Source: a bacterium (GTDB taxonomy: Archaea > Thermoproteota > Bathyarchaeia > 40CM-2-53-6). From it: DNA of 43,147 bases. The stretch spans positions 1 through 43,147 of the forward strand of contig JAJPJY010000069.1 of NCBI GenBank assembly GCA_021323995.1. Direction: 5' to 3'. The position numbers were made by a program, and so were the translations under genes. Each line of letters begins with the position of its first letter. Positions within the stretch are counted from its first letter, which is position 1. Below are positions 18,466-28,631 of the stretch, piece by piece. The notes beneath the pieces are model-generated. The model worked only from the letters and a program-made list of their open reading frames with translations. It had not been told where the DNA came from and made no database searches.

Positions 18466-18496
18466 ACCCCATCCCCGGGAGGGGGTTAACCTATAA
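18466..18496 (-). promoter_or_regulatory. G/C-tract palindromic operator and TATA box of the csoR-ATPase operon
   Basis: ACCCC-A-TCCC-C-GGGA-G-GGGGT (18466-18486) abuts the ATG; minus-strand TTATAG at 18496-18491, consistent with a leaderless mRNA. Confidence 0.7.
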
Positions 18497-18498
18497 CC

Positions 18499-20095
18499 CT
18501 ATTTCTTCTCGTCCAGGTCCTTTCTGACCTGTTCTTTTATGGTCTGGAAAAATTCCTGGTTCTCTATCCTTCCAGCTTCCGAGTGTACAGCGTCAAGGTC
18601 GATCTTTAGGCTCGTATGACTTACGCGGCGTCTTCTGAATACTAGGAGAGTTGCCAAGAGTAGGCCTGCGATTATCGCAGCGAATATTCCGAAGTAGAAG
18701 AGGGGAAAACTGGCTGAAGGGCTTCCTGTCGTAGTGCTAGTGTTTTGAATCGTAATCGCCCTGGTTGCGGTGCCGGAGTGGAGGATTGGAAGAGTCGGAA
18801 GCTGAGACGATCAGCGACCAGAGGCCGCCGGTGTCGCCTGACTTTGCTATATAGGTACCGACCCAATGGCCGAAGCTCGAATCATAGACGAGCGGAATTG
18901 TGTCATTGATTGCCGGGGTCCCGCTATAGACAAGATACGCTCGAGTTATCGCGGAAGGAACCATGGTTCCATCAGGATAGAGCACCGTCACATTGAACCC
19001 GAGTTGCTGACCAATCGCAATCACGGTATTCGTGCTCACAGTGACAGACAGGGTAGCCGTCGTCAGCCTAGGAGAATTCGTCAGCGTGGTCACAGGTCCA
19101 CTATTGCCATAAGCGTCGCTGTACCCATGTGCACCCATACTAGCCGTCCAGATGCCCGTCCGGTTGCTAACTGTGGTCTGATAGGTCGCGTTGAACGTCT
19201 GAGACGTGTCGTCGTAGGTTGCAGTGAGAGTAACTTTCCCACTGACAGGGTTTGTCAGAGTCATGAGTCCCACGCCGGTCGTCGGAATAGTTCCATCCGG
19301 ATAGATTGGCTGGAAACTGAACTGCATCGTGTCGGTTCTCTGATAGGTCGATTTCGAAGACCATATGGATGAGATCGACATGATTGCAACTCGCACTGCG
19401 AACGTCTCATTGTCAGGAGGAGACTTGTGAGTCGTCGTCCCTGTCAGGGTCGCTAGGTAATTGTCAATTGTAGCGTTCGGAGGAATCCTCCAGCTAGCCG
19501 TGACAACTCCCGTAAGCGACGCTGTCGTGGATGACGAGAAGACGATCGTTGAAGTTGTCTCGGTCTGTATTGTTACGTCTACTGTTTCGGAAGCGTTGTA
19601 GCCGCTCGCTTGCACGTTGACGGTCTGAGTTCTCTCGTACGAATTATTGTCAGTGCTGCTCAGCGAGAACGAGGTGCTAGCAACGTTCGGCATTGCGCTC
19701 GGCGCGAGCTGGTTGACCATAGCCATGTAAGTGCCGACGAGCGAATTAATCCCCGGGAATTGGGGACTAGTGTAGTTCACTATTACGCTGAACTGGGTCT
19801 GAGTAGAAGTAGTGGTATAGTTCATAGGTTGTGATTGAAACGTTGCCCCGGCCGGGTCTTTGACTATGAACCTAAACGAGTAAGTGGTGGAGCCTATCAC
19901 GACAATACCGAGAGTAACCGTTAGTACGAGTGATACGGGCGTTCCTTCTTCTGCAGTTGCTGGCAGCGCGGTCAGATTGTATGTATTGCCGCCGCTGCTC
20001 GGCGCATAGACCTTCGGAAGGCCCCAAAAGGAGAGCATTGAAGCGGTTACCAATATCAGTAAGATGGCTCGACCAATGCCCCGAGAAGACCGCAT
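18499..20095 (-). pseudogene. Ig-like surface protein, paralog of the 12132 extracellular region, frameshifted at about 18778
   Basis: Shared motifs (SYERT..V.ASGY, W.IP, YPDG, TG.W, D.YGN.GP, W.GTY); alternative frame continues SGTATRAITIQ..PLFYFGIFAAIIAGLLLATLLVFRRRR..DEKK* to TAG at 18499. Confidence 0.8.
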
Positions 20096-20331
20096 TACAC
20101 ATTCCTGGTGACGAGTTATGAGTGTTGAGAGGGGACTGAGCGACTAAAGCGGCACGTAACTTCCAATACCTGTTTGGAGTATCGCTATGATGGCTTCCGA
20201 AAAAGCGGGGACTCACCGAAGAGGGGAACCGTAGCCACACATCCACTGGCTTGAAGCAGCGAACCGTTGTCGGGCGGTCGCCAAAAACTGCTTACGATCG
20301 GCTCAAATGCCCTCACCGATAACCGCTTCGC

Positions 20332-21723
20332 ATGGACGTTGCTCTCTTGCGTCAGAGCCTGCGTCGTCTCTTTGCACACCCTGTCGCCTTAGCCGTCATA
20401 GTAGGGGGCGTTTGCGGAGTCAGTGCCCTCGCACTCTTAGAGGCAATAAAGATCTTCAATGTACTCCTACTTGGGCTGATAGCGAGCTACACGCCACCGG
20501 GTCCGGGCGGAGAGGGAGGTCCAGCAGTCGCAACCTTCGGCTCAAGGTTCTTTCTCGTCCCAGCCGTAACGTTGATCGGAGGACTGGTTGCCGGACTACT
20601 GGTCTACCGGTTTGCTCCAGAAGCTGAAGGGGTAGGCACAGACCAGGCAATCAAAGCATTCCACGAAAAGGATGCGATCATAAGACCACGGGTCCCACTC
20701 GTCAAACTTCTCGCATCCGCGCTGACGATCGGTTCAGGCGGAACCTCGGGAAGGGAAGGCCCTATAGCACAGATCGGCGCGGGAACGGGAAGCGCGATCG
20801 CATCGTATCTCAAACTGGATCGTAAGACCCGTCAGATACTTCTGGCGTCCGGGCTAGGAGCGGGAATTGCCTCTATATTCAAAGCGCCACTCGCAGGCGC
20901 GATCATTGGCGCGGAGATATTCTACACACGCGACTTTGAAGTCGAGGCCTTGATTCCTGGATTCGTCGCATCAGTAGTCGGCTATTCAATCGTGGGATTC
21001 GCAACAGGCTGGCAGCCAATATTCTCGACTAATGTAAGCCCTACCGAATTCAGAAACCCGCTGTCTCTACCGCTCTTTTCGGTGCTCGGTCTCGTTTGTG
21101 CGCTCCTCGCTCTATTCCTGTTTCGAGTCTATTATCCGACAATCAACCTCTTCCGTCTCTGGAGGGCACCACTCTATGTCAAGACCGCGATTGGAGGATT
21201 GATGACTGGATTGTTGGCTCTTGCGTTCCCATCGGTTCTCGGTGTAGGCTATGGATGGGTCCAGATCGCCATCAACCAGCAATACGCCATTTTCTCTCCA
21301 ATGTCGATCCTTCTTGGAGTGTTTGCAGAGATGTTCGCGCTCTCGTTCACCCTAGGCTCAGGAGGTAGCGGTGGAATATTCGGACCCTCCGTCGTTATTG
21401 GAGGATTATTGGGCGCATCAGTCGGCTATCTCTTCTTCCAGCTCTTTCCAGGAATTGTTCCCAGCCCATCCGATTTTGCGGTGGTAGGTATGATGGCTTT
21501 CTTCGCTGCCGATGGCAAGGCACCTCTCTCGACAATAGTTCTCGTAGCTGAGATGACGGGAGGCTACGGATTGCTGGCGCCCTCAATGTTCGCGGTGACC
21601 CCCGCGTTCCTGTTATCCGGCAAGAGGAGCGTGTTCCCAAGCCAACTGCCCAGCAGACGAGACAGCCCCGCTCATGCCGAAGAATATGGTCTGGCTCGGA
21701 CCGCTGCTGAGGCGTCTGCCTAG
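20332..21723 (+). CDS. CLC chloride channel / H+:Cl- antiporter without CBS domains
   Basis: GREGP gating-Glu motif, FKAPLAGA, GGSGGIFGP, EMTG. Confidence 0.92.
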   Translation: MDVALLRQSLRRLFAHPVALAVIVGGVCGVSALALLEAIKIFNVLLLGLIASYTPPGPGGEGGPAVATFGSRFFLVPAVTLIGGLVAGLLVYRFAPEAEGVGTDQAIKAFHEKDAIIRPRVPLVKLLASALTIGSGGTSGREGPIAQIGAGTGSAIASYLKLDRKTRQILLASGLGAGIASIFKAPLAGAIIGAEIFYTRDFEVEALIPGFVASVVGYSIVGFATGWQPIFSTNVSPTEFRNPLSLPLFSVLGLVCALLALFLFRVYYPTINLFRLWRAPLYVKTAIGGLMTGLLALAFPSVLGVGYGWVQIAINQQYAIFSPMSILLGVFAEMFALSFTLGSGGSGGIFGPSVVIGGLLGASVGYLFFQLFPGIVPSPSDFAVVGMMAFFAADGKAPLSTIVLVAEMTGGYGLLAPSMFAVTPAFLLSGKRSVFPSQLPSRRDSPAHAEEYGLARTAAEASA

Positions 21724-22042
21724 CAGCTACAGTCGTATGTGGCAGCGCTCATCCAAGACTGCAGACTCAACCTAGGTTCAGGGATTTATTTCAGACAGGG
21801 AGGATAGTTTTTCTTCACTATCACGACGACTACAGGATTTCAGTTGGGCTTTCGCGTGTCTTCCGAAGAACCATCGTTTCGTTTTTGATTACGACCGGCA
21901 GCACTGAGATATGTCTGTCTGCGAGAGCAGTTGATCCTTTGTCTATCTGCGTCGAGCTTCGGCAAGTTGGCGAGTGAGAATCTCTTCCTTACACGTGGGG
22001 CATTGGCACCGAGGGTCCTCACAATTCTCGCAAGTTACTCGG

Positions 22043-23380
22043 TTATGTAGTTCGCGACTCTGACAAGTCAGCGATGTGCATCAACCCACTCTCCCGCTTC
22101 AGGGGGTCTTCGCGTATTGAACCTTGTTCTCTCTTGCGAGTTACTTTTCCTGCTAGAACTAGTGAGCCAGCCATTAGGAGGGCCGCGAGCAGGAAAGGGG
22201 CGCCTGGAAGACTGATTGGCGCTCCGCTACCGATGAAAAATGCGTATGTGAGCGTGAAAAGCGTGGGTCCGATAACACCCGTGAGACCCATGAGACTTCC
22301 GTTGATGCCCTGAAGCTGTCCTTGCTCTTCGGGACCTACTCGTCGGGTCATTAGCCCCTGTAATGCGGGCTGGACGAATCCTATAGGTGCATAGAAGATT
22401 ATCGCGAGCATGAACACGAGGGCGTTGGGTGCGAGACCCCAGATCACAAACCCTGCTGTGCCAGAGACGATGCCGATCAACAACGCTAGACGCTCGCCAA
22501 ACCTGGCGACAACTCTGCGGACTAGGAGTCCCTGGACTATGATGTTGCATGCGCCGACGAGGGCTAGTGCTGCTCCGACTGTGGCGTATCCCCAGCCATA
22601 CCGGTAAGCGGCATACAGGACGTACACACTGGGAAGGACTTGGAAGGCTAGAAAGTTGAGGAAGTTGACGGTTACAAAGCCTGCGAGTCCGGCGCGGGCT
22701 CGGATCATCGATAGTGAGCCGATTGGGTTAGCTTTGCGGAGTGAGACAGGGCTCCTATGTTCGGGAGGAAGTGATTCTGGTAGCACGACCAGCCCGTATG
22801 CGGCGCTTGCGAGCGAGAGTGTTGCGGCGCCCCAGAAGGGGAAGCGTGGGCCGATTCCTCCAAGCAGTCCGCCGACGAGGGGTCCAATGATGAATCCTAC
22901 ACCCCAGATCGAACCTATCATCCCGTAAGCACCGGTCCGCTTGTTGCCCGGGACAGTGTCGGCGACGTAGGCGAAGCTTACCGTGAAGCTGGCGGCTGTT
23001 ATGCCGCTGACTACACGGCCGATGAATAGCCACGTTAGGTTGGGGGCCAGGGCCATGATCATGTAGTCGGTGCCAAGCCCGAACGCGGAGAGAATGAGGA
23101 CGGGTCGTCGACCGTAGCGGTCGGATAGTGCTCCTATCAATGGTGCGAAGATGAACTGCATCAGCGCCCAGACTGTGCCGAAGAGGCCGAAGATTTCGGC
23201 GCCTCTTGCAGGGTCTCCTCCGACGAAGCTGACGACGAGACCGGGGAGGACAGGTATGATTATGCCAAATCCGAGAGTATCGAAGAGGACTGTGGCGTAG
23301 ATGAATGCGAGTGCCGCTCTGCTAGCTTGAGATCTGGTTGAGGTTTCCGTCGATGGAGGTGTTTGGGTGAGCTCAGTCAA
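22043..23380 (-). CDS. TCR/TetA-like MFS drug:H+ antiporter
   Basis: LGFGIIIPVLP, GALSDRYGRRPVL, AYVAD, GFIIGP..GG, LPESL, EQGQLQG. Confidence 0.9.
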   Translation of the reverse strand: MTELTQTPPSTETSTRSQASRAALAFIYATVLFDTLGFGIIIPVLPGLVVSFVGGDPARGAEIFGLFGTVWALMQFIFAPLIGALSDRYGRRPVLILSAFGLGTDYMIMALAPNLTWLFIGRVVSGITAASFTVSFAYVADTVPGNKRTGAYGMIGSIWGVGFIIGPLVGGLLGGIGPRFPFWGAATLSLASAAYGLVVLPESLPPEHRSPVSLRKANPIGSLSMIRARAGLAGFVTVNFLNFLAFQVLPSVYVLYAAYRYGWGYATVGAALALVGACNIIVQGLLVRRVVARFGERLALLIGIVSGTAGFVIWGLAPNALVFMLAIIFYAPIGFVQPALQGLMTRRVGPEEQGQLQGINGSLMGLTGVIGPTLFTLTYAFFIGSGAPISLPGAPFLLAALLMAGSLVLAGKVTRKREQGSIREDPLKRESGLMHIADLSESRTT

Positions 23381-23759
23381 GTCATGGACACTAGTGTGGC
23401 GGTTTGTTGTGGATGAAGAGTCAGTTTACCGTTAGCTGTTGGGCAGGGCAGGCTCCTACTTCAAGGTAGTGAGGGATAGGAAAGTGAATTCAGTCATGCG
23501 TTTCTACCACAGAGCGCAATTCTTCTCCTATGCAGCCGTAATCGCTCTGGAAGCGAACCCGGTCTTGGTTGTTAGAGCCCTACAAGAGGTCAGTCTCTTG
23601 GAATTGCTTTTCCACGAGAGAAACGCCCGTCGTTCGGCACTTTAACGCGGCATAGAGCGCCAATGAGAGAGTTGACTAAGCGCATTCCGTGCATGCTGTG
23701 GACCCTTTCTGGGATCGAGTTTCATCGACAGAAATAGTTAGAAATCGACTTGTGCTATT

Positions 23760-24533
23760 GTGCTCCGAGCGGGTATCCAATTGACAGACGATCTCTCGCA
23801 GCATCTTCTGGTCCTTGGGAGTGAGGATCGGCTGACTCTGCTCACTACGATTGATCGCGGGAAACAACGCCTCACTTCTCTTGCAAGCATCATTCATGCT
23901 TCGAACCAAGAATGTTCTCGTCACCTATCCCGGCTAGTCGAATCTGGCCTAATCAAGAGGGACTCAGCCGGATTCTACGAAACGACTCCGCTCGGAAGAG
24001 GAGTGCTCGGACTTCTGCCCAGCCTGCGATTCCTAGTAAAACACAGAAACTATCTTCAGTCCCACGACCTTTCGCCTCTTCCTAGACCTTTCACGGAGAG
24101 GATCGGCGAACTGATCGAAGGTAGACTAGTCGGACATTTCAACATCGTCCTAGAACAGATCAAGAAGACCATAGCCGAAGCCAGAGAACACCTATGGCTG
24201 ATCGCGGACCAGCCGATAATCCCCACCACCTCTGTCGGCGTGGGTTTTCCTTCTCGCAAGCTTCCTGTCAGATTGATCATTCAACCAGGCTATGACCTCA
24301 AGGCTTTCTCAGAAGCGAAATTGGCGCTTCCAAACAGATTCGAAATTGGTCTAGTACAGGAAGTGAAAGTGGCTATGGCGATAAACGAAAAAAGCGCAGG
24401 AGTGTGTTTTCCGGGTCTCGATGGGAAGATCGATTTTGGGATTGGCTTCACCGGGTCCGACTCCGAATTTCGAACCTGGTCAAGCGACCTTTTCGAGCAC
24501 TACTGGAAGTCTAGTGAACCAGTCAAATTCTAG
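23760..24533 (+). CDS. wHTH regulator with C-terminal effector domain (DUF1724/FilR1-like)
   Basis: N-terminal HTH (ECSRHLSRL..GLI..Y.TTPLG), SHDLS.LP..F..RIGEL, F..LDGKIDF, F..W..DLF..YW. Confidence 0.75.
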   Translation: MLRAGIQLTDDLSQHLLVLGSEDRLTLLTTIDRGKQRLTSLASIIHASNQECSRHLSRLVESGLIKRDSAGFYETTPLGRGVLGLLPSLRFLVKHRNYLQSHDLSPLPRPFTERIGELIEGRLVGHFNIVLEQIKKTIAEAREHLWLIADQPIIPTTSVGVGFPSRKLPVRLIIQPGYDLKAFSEAKLALPNRFEIGLVQEVKVAMAINEKSAGVCFPGLDGKIDFGIGFTGSDSEFRTWSSDLFEHYWKSSEPVKF

Positions 24534-24632
24534 GGCCGCACGTTCCACCTCGCCTCTACTCAACGCTATTGTTGAGAATTTCCTACTCTTGTTGAGGAGA
24601 ATTCAACACCAACCTAGTAGTAGTTATTAAAC

Positions 24633-25028
24633 ATGAGAGAAACGAAGTCTGCCACGGCCCAAGAGAGCGACTATGCTCAGCTGTTTGTCTTCCGGGTCCC
24701 AAAGAAGAATCGTGAAGCGATGCAGAAGCTTGAGGCTCGAATAGTCACGATGTTCAAGAAACATGGGGTAATGAAGTCAGAATTCTTCCAGCTCACCCCT
24801 CATGAAACCGTCAAGGGATTCACAAATCTCGCTGAGACTATTTCGGCTAGTCCTGAGGAGGAGGTCTGGGTCGAGATCGAGCATTACCTGGACAGGGAAC
24901 ATCGGGACCAGATTTTCGCAGCCATTCGAAAGGATATGCCCATGCTTGAACTGTTCGGGCAGTGGTATGGACTCGTAACCCCTGGCATAAACAGCGTCAT
25001 GGGAGATTTCAACAAACTGAAGATCTAA
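24633..25028 (+). CDS. DUF1428 (YbaA-like) dimeric alpha-beta barrel protein
   Basis: FVFRVPKKNREA, FKKHG, Y.DREHRD. Confidence 0.65.
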   Translation: MRETKSATAQESDYAQLFVFRVPKKNREAMQKLEARIVTMFKKHGVMKSEFFQLTPHETVKGFTNLAETISASPEEEVWVEIEHYLDREHRDQIFAAIRKDMPMLELFGQWYGLVTPGINSVMGDFNKLKI

Positions 25029-25054
25029 GCCACAGCTGCAATCGGTAAAGCTCT

Positions 25055-25390
25055 TTGACTCCAAGTCAAAGGTTCGCGGCAATTGTCGACAAGTTTCGAG
25101 GCAAAGCCGGCGTGACGCTCCCGTCCGACGAACCAAGTAAAAAGAGAAAGTTTGGGTCATCAGGATTGAGGATCAAAGGCAAGGTGTTTGCAATGATGTC
25201 GTCGAATGGCGAGTTCGTGGTCAAACTTTCTCGAGAGCGAGTTGATAGGATGGTCGCTTCCGGCGAGGCTGCGCGTTTCGATCCCCGTCGGAACGGTCAC
25301 GTGATGAAGGAATGGGCGGTCATCGCTCCAACATCCAAGACCAAGTGGTTGGAGGTTGCAAGAGAAGCGAAGAATTTCATCGGAAAGTGA
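25055..25390 (+). CDS. MmcQ/YjbR/TfoX-like small protein
   Basis: FGSSGLRIKGKVFAM..VVKL..RVD..FDP..MKEW..W..AREA..F. Confidence 0.7.
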   Translation: MTPSQRFAAIVDKFRGKAGVTLPSDEPSKKRKFGSSGLRIKGKVFAMMSSNGEFVVKLSRERVDRMVASGEAARFDPRRNGHVMKEWAVIAPTSKTKWLEVAREAKNFIGK

Positions 25391-25395
25391 AAGCG

Positions 25396-25791
25396 ATGGA
25401 GGACAAGAATTTTCTGACGGAGAACAAGTTGATGAATCTCGCAACCGCCGGAAACAGTGATCCCCATGTAGTGCCCGTGGCGTTCATGTTCGACGAAGGA
25501 CGCCTTTACATCTCCACCGCGGAGAAATCTCGAAAAGTGAACAACATTAGGGCAAACAGTCGTGTGGCGTTCGCTGTTGAAGACTCGACGCGACTCAAGG
25601 CGATTGTGGGGAAAGGGACTGCGAGAATACTTCCCTCGCATGGTATCCACGATGATCTGATGAAGAAGCTAGTAATCCACCTCGTGGGTAGCCTAGACCA
25701 CCCTTACGCTAAACTCATGATGGGGCCGAACAGGGTAATAATCGAAGTAACTCCAACGGCATTAAAGAAATGGGAAAGTCCCCCAACCTGA
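25396..25791 (+). CDS. Pyridoxamine 5'-phosphate oxidase-like split-barrel (FMN/F420) protein
   Basis: LAT..PHVVPV.F..LYIST..SRKVNNIRANSRVAF.V. Confidence 0.8.
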   Translation: MEDKNFLTENKLMNLATAGNSDPHVVPVAFMFDEGRLYISTAEKSRKVNNIRANSRVAFAVEDSTRLKAIVGKGTARILPSHGIHDDLMKKLVIHLVGSLDHPYAKLMMGPNRVIIEVTPTALKKWESPPT

Positions 25792-25968
25792 GGTTTCCCC
25801 CTGAGCTTCCTCGCCTTGGACAGGGAGCCGTGAAAATGACGCCGTTATTCGATGAATTGTTTGGAGGTGACTCATACGATAAACGACTGGAGCGGAATCC
25901 AAGAACCAGAATCTAAGCATTCATTCGGATCGTTTCCTCACAAAATCGCCGCGCTCGTGCTATTGCTG
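25791..25968 (+). repeat. 178-bp direct repeat, copy 1 (copy 2 at 28454-28631)
   Basis: Ungapped, roughly 85-90% identical by eye; covers the upstream gene end, the RBS and the 5' end of the SPFH gene. Confidence 0.9.
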
Positions 25969-26049
25969 GAACGAAAAGCGGTCCTAAAAATCTACGAGAT
26001 AGCAAAGTGCGGCATCCTAGCTCTGAGTCTGGACGATGCAGGACCCTAA
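25852..26049 (+). pseudogene. Internally deleted remnant of the SPFH gene
   Basis: About the first 35 aa match 28524..; ends with CAGGACCCTAAA, identical to the SPFH stop region (29509-29520). Confidence 0.7.
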
Positions 26050-26054
26050 ATTCG

Positions 26055-26558
26055 TTAGTGCTGATGTTCTTGTTTGTCGATTTCTCCAGCAACGCTTCCA
26101 AGCTCAGCGGTCACACTTGATTCAGTTTTAGCTGGCACCATGGGGTGCCCCTTGGGACAAACCCAACCCTTACTAGTCTTGGAGAACCAGTTCTTCTTGC
26201 CACACTCAGGACAATAACGCCAACGCATTTGAGTCGATACGACAATCCCGCCTTTGAGACCGATGCCGATGAACAATCCCAGGAAGCCCCACGCAAATAT
26301 GAGTGCGTCTGGATATTTGTCCGAGAGTCCTACTGCAGTTCCACCTGCGATCATGAAGACCAATCCGCCTATCCTGCCACCGCCTTTTAGTTTCGTATTC
26401 ATGATTAGAAACCAGGCAACAAAAAAGAAGAAAGTGAAACCTGCCCAGAAGAACGGACTGTAGAACCAACCGGCGGGTGTCTCCAGCGCGTAGCCCAAGA
26501 TGACCAGTGCCAGCACAGCGAAGATGCCAGGAACGGCCAAGAGTCTCATTTGGACCAA
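26055..26558 (-). CDS. 4-TM protein with zinc ribbon, putative RHS immunity protein
   Basis: Starts 21 nt after the RHS stop; hydrophobic helices plus CPECG..CPKGH. Confidence 0.6.
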   Translation of the reverse strand: MVQMRLLAVPGIFAVLALVILGYALETPAGWFYSPFFWAGFTFFFFVAWFLIMNTKLKGGGRIGGLVFMIAGGTAVGLSDKYPDALIFAWGFLGLFIGIGLKGGIVVSTQMRWRYCPECGKKNWFSKTSKGWVCPKGHPMVPAKTESSVTAELGSVAGEIDKQEHQH

Positions 26559-26579
26559 GCTAGGTTTACACCGCTAGAA

Positions 26580-27902
26580 TCATAGACCTAGCAAAGAGAC
26601 GAATTCAGCTAGGCCACTCACGGCTGAAGACGAGAGGTCTTCAAGAACACCATTTCTCCCGTATTGACTGGTTATCTGGGTAGCGGCGTCTCCAAACGAG
26701 GAAGGATTTTGTACAGTGTCGCCACCCGATGCGAAACCAGATCCCCCAGCAATTATTACATCCAACGTGGTTGACCTATTGTCCTTTCCTTCTGCCGTAT
26801 CCGTCAAATAAGCGGTTGCCGCAGATGCTCCGCCAGCTATCGTACGCGACAAAAGGGTCGCTGCTTCTCCTCCCCCGAGAACCGACCCTGTCGCGCCTGC
26901 TTCAGGTCCTACGAGTCCGCCTGCAGCTCCCAAAGCAGCTCCCGATAGGAAGCTCGCTCCGAAACCTTCGGCAGAGCATCCCTCCGTGCTGTGGCTGCAA
27001 CCGAGGAGATAGAAGTCTCCTGAAAATCCTCCTCCTGCAACTCCCCCGATGAGCACTGGTGCCACGAAAGCATCTCCCGCTCCTGCCGTAGCGACACCTA
27101 CGACCACTAGGACTATTACAGAGATGACTATTGTTCGGAATTTGGCGTCGGTGTTCCATTTGTAGATGAGACCTTGCAGGTGGAGTGGGTCGCTTGATGC
27201 GCCGCCGATTTCTTCGTAGATGTTATGGTATCTGCAGTAGTCAATGATGCACGTTCCAAGGCCACTACCTGTCGCGGACAGTCCGGAGGGGTCTGCAAGG
27301 TCAGCGGGTGAGTCTAGAACGTAGATGTACCTGTTTAGAGTTTCAGGACTAGACAATTGGCCGGGCTTCGAGTCGGGACTGATGAACCGGCCAATCGACG
27401 GGTCGTACCATCGCTGGTAGTAGTAGTACAGGCCTATGCTTGGGCTGTATGGTTTGCCTGTGAACTTGTAGGTCTGGGTTCCCGTGGAGCTATTGTCGTG
27501 CCCGTAGGGTCGATAGTTGTCTGAGAATATTATCGACCCGTTCGCCGATGATACTAGTCTGGTATTCCCGATAGCATCGGGATGATAGTAGATGATTGTT
27601 GGATTGTTCGAGCCTGCGTTGTTCACCATGGCTATACGGAGTCCGTCTGCGTAAACATAGTCGTTGTCTGGACCGAAGGTTCCAGTCTCGCCAAGAGTCT
27701 CGGTTCCCAGATATCCATAGAAGACGTAGTATGCCGTGTCTTTCGACTCGACTCTCCGGCCCATACCTTCAAACAGCCTCCTGTTTGTCGCATAAACGCT
27801 ACGGCATGGAAATGAAATTATCCGGCCTCTTATCGAAGGGCTTGACAAGCCGAAGAGGTAGGTCTCCGTATCCTGCCGCTGCACCATGGATGTTCCATCC
27901 AC
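26580..27902 (-). CDS. RHS repeat-associated core protein, N-terminally truncated (orphan toxin module)
   Basis: YYHPDAIGNTR, Y.PYG, YKFTGK..GLYYY..RWYDPSIGRFISPD..NRY.YV...P....DPSG; RHS similarity starts near 27770; hydrophobic Gly-rich C-terminus. Confidence 0.85.
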   Translation of the reverse strand: MDGTSMVQRQDTETYLFGLSSPSIRGRIISFPCRSVYATNRRLFEGMGRRVESKDTAYYVFYGYLGTETLGETGTFGPDNDYVYADGLRIAMVNNAGSNNPTIIYYHPDAIGNTRLVSSANGSIIFSDNYRPYGHDNSSTGTQTYKFTGKPYSPSIGLYYYYQRWYDPSIGRFISPDSKPGQLSSPETLNRYIYVLDSPADLADPSGLSATGSGLGTCIIDYCRYHNIYEEIGGASSDPLHLQGLIYKWNTDAKFRTIVISVIVLVVVGVATAGAGDAFVAPVLIGGVAGGGFSGDFYLLGCSHSTEGCSAEGFGASFLSGAALGAAGGLVGPEAGATGSVLGGGEAATLLSRTIAGGASAATAYLTDTAEGKDNRSTTLDVIIAGGSGFASGGDTVQNPSSFGDAATQITSQYGRNGVLEDLSSSAVSGLAEFVSLLGL

Positions 27903-28262
27903 TGCAAGTACGGTTGTCCAAACCTTTCTTTTAAGAGTAAAGAATGAGATCGCTTCTCTTCAGGTCGGCATGATATCTTGAGAGCCTGTCTCCCACGTCG
28001 TCGAAACTTGAAGGTCACCATTTCTCAATGATTCAATTGTTAATAGTCAATTCCCATCTTCCACGTCAAATCCCGCTCTACAAGATAGTGTAGTCGAAGG
28101 CTTTCACTCAGAGTTTCCTGACGGTCTATTGTACATAGTATATGCGGATATTGGCCTAGGGTGCTTAGTATATAGTGGGTGGAGGTTGGGTGTACGAAAC
28201 TTCTCCCAGACGAGGAGCGTCCGTTTCTCTCGACAGAGCATCCAGAAGACACCGTACCGACC

Positions 28263-28496
28263 ATGCTAGTGATACCGGTCGTCCTCTGTCTAATCTGCGG
28301 ACTGTTCACAGGGGCCTTCACTATCGCGCTGCTCTTTAGACGGATCGCGATTGCGCTAGCCGTAACCGGACCCCTAGTATTTTCAGCGATCTGGATCGGG
28401 TGGGACTGGAAGGCTTTCCGGAACAAGCACCTCGCGCTCGGCGCGTTTGCTGTAGGTTTCACTCTGACTTTCCTCGCCTTGGACAGGGAGCCGTGA
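28263..28496 (+). CDS. Small 3-TM membrane protein
   Basis: Hydrophobic ORF directly upstream of SPFH; open from 28179. Confidence 0.55.
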   Translation: MLVIPVVLCLICGLFTGAFTIALLFRRIAIALAVTGPLVFSAIWIGWDWKAFRNKHLALGAFAVGFTLTFLALDREP

Positions 28497-28631
28497 AAAT
28501 GACGTCGTTATTCAGAAAATTGTTTGGAGGTGACACATACGATAAACAACTGGAGCGGAGTACAAGAACCAGAATCTAAGCACTCATTCGGATCGTTTCC
28601 ACACAAAATCGCCGCGCTCGTCCTACTGCTG
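28454..28631 (+). repeat. 178-bp direct repeat, copy 2
   Basis: Matches 25791-25968. Confidence 0.9.

Noticed and set aside
18760-18800. BHB intron or programmed slippage explaining the surface-protein frameshift
   Set aside because: No bulge-helix-bulge fold or slippery run; a 2-nt deletion is simpler.
20100-20331. Fluoride or other riboswitch upstream of the CLC gene
   Set aside because: Some pairing is possible (TGGCT..AGCCA), but the ordered crcB consensus is missing, and the CLC has GREGP rather than the CLC-F GNNLI/GREGT signature.
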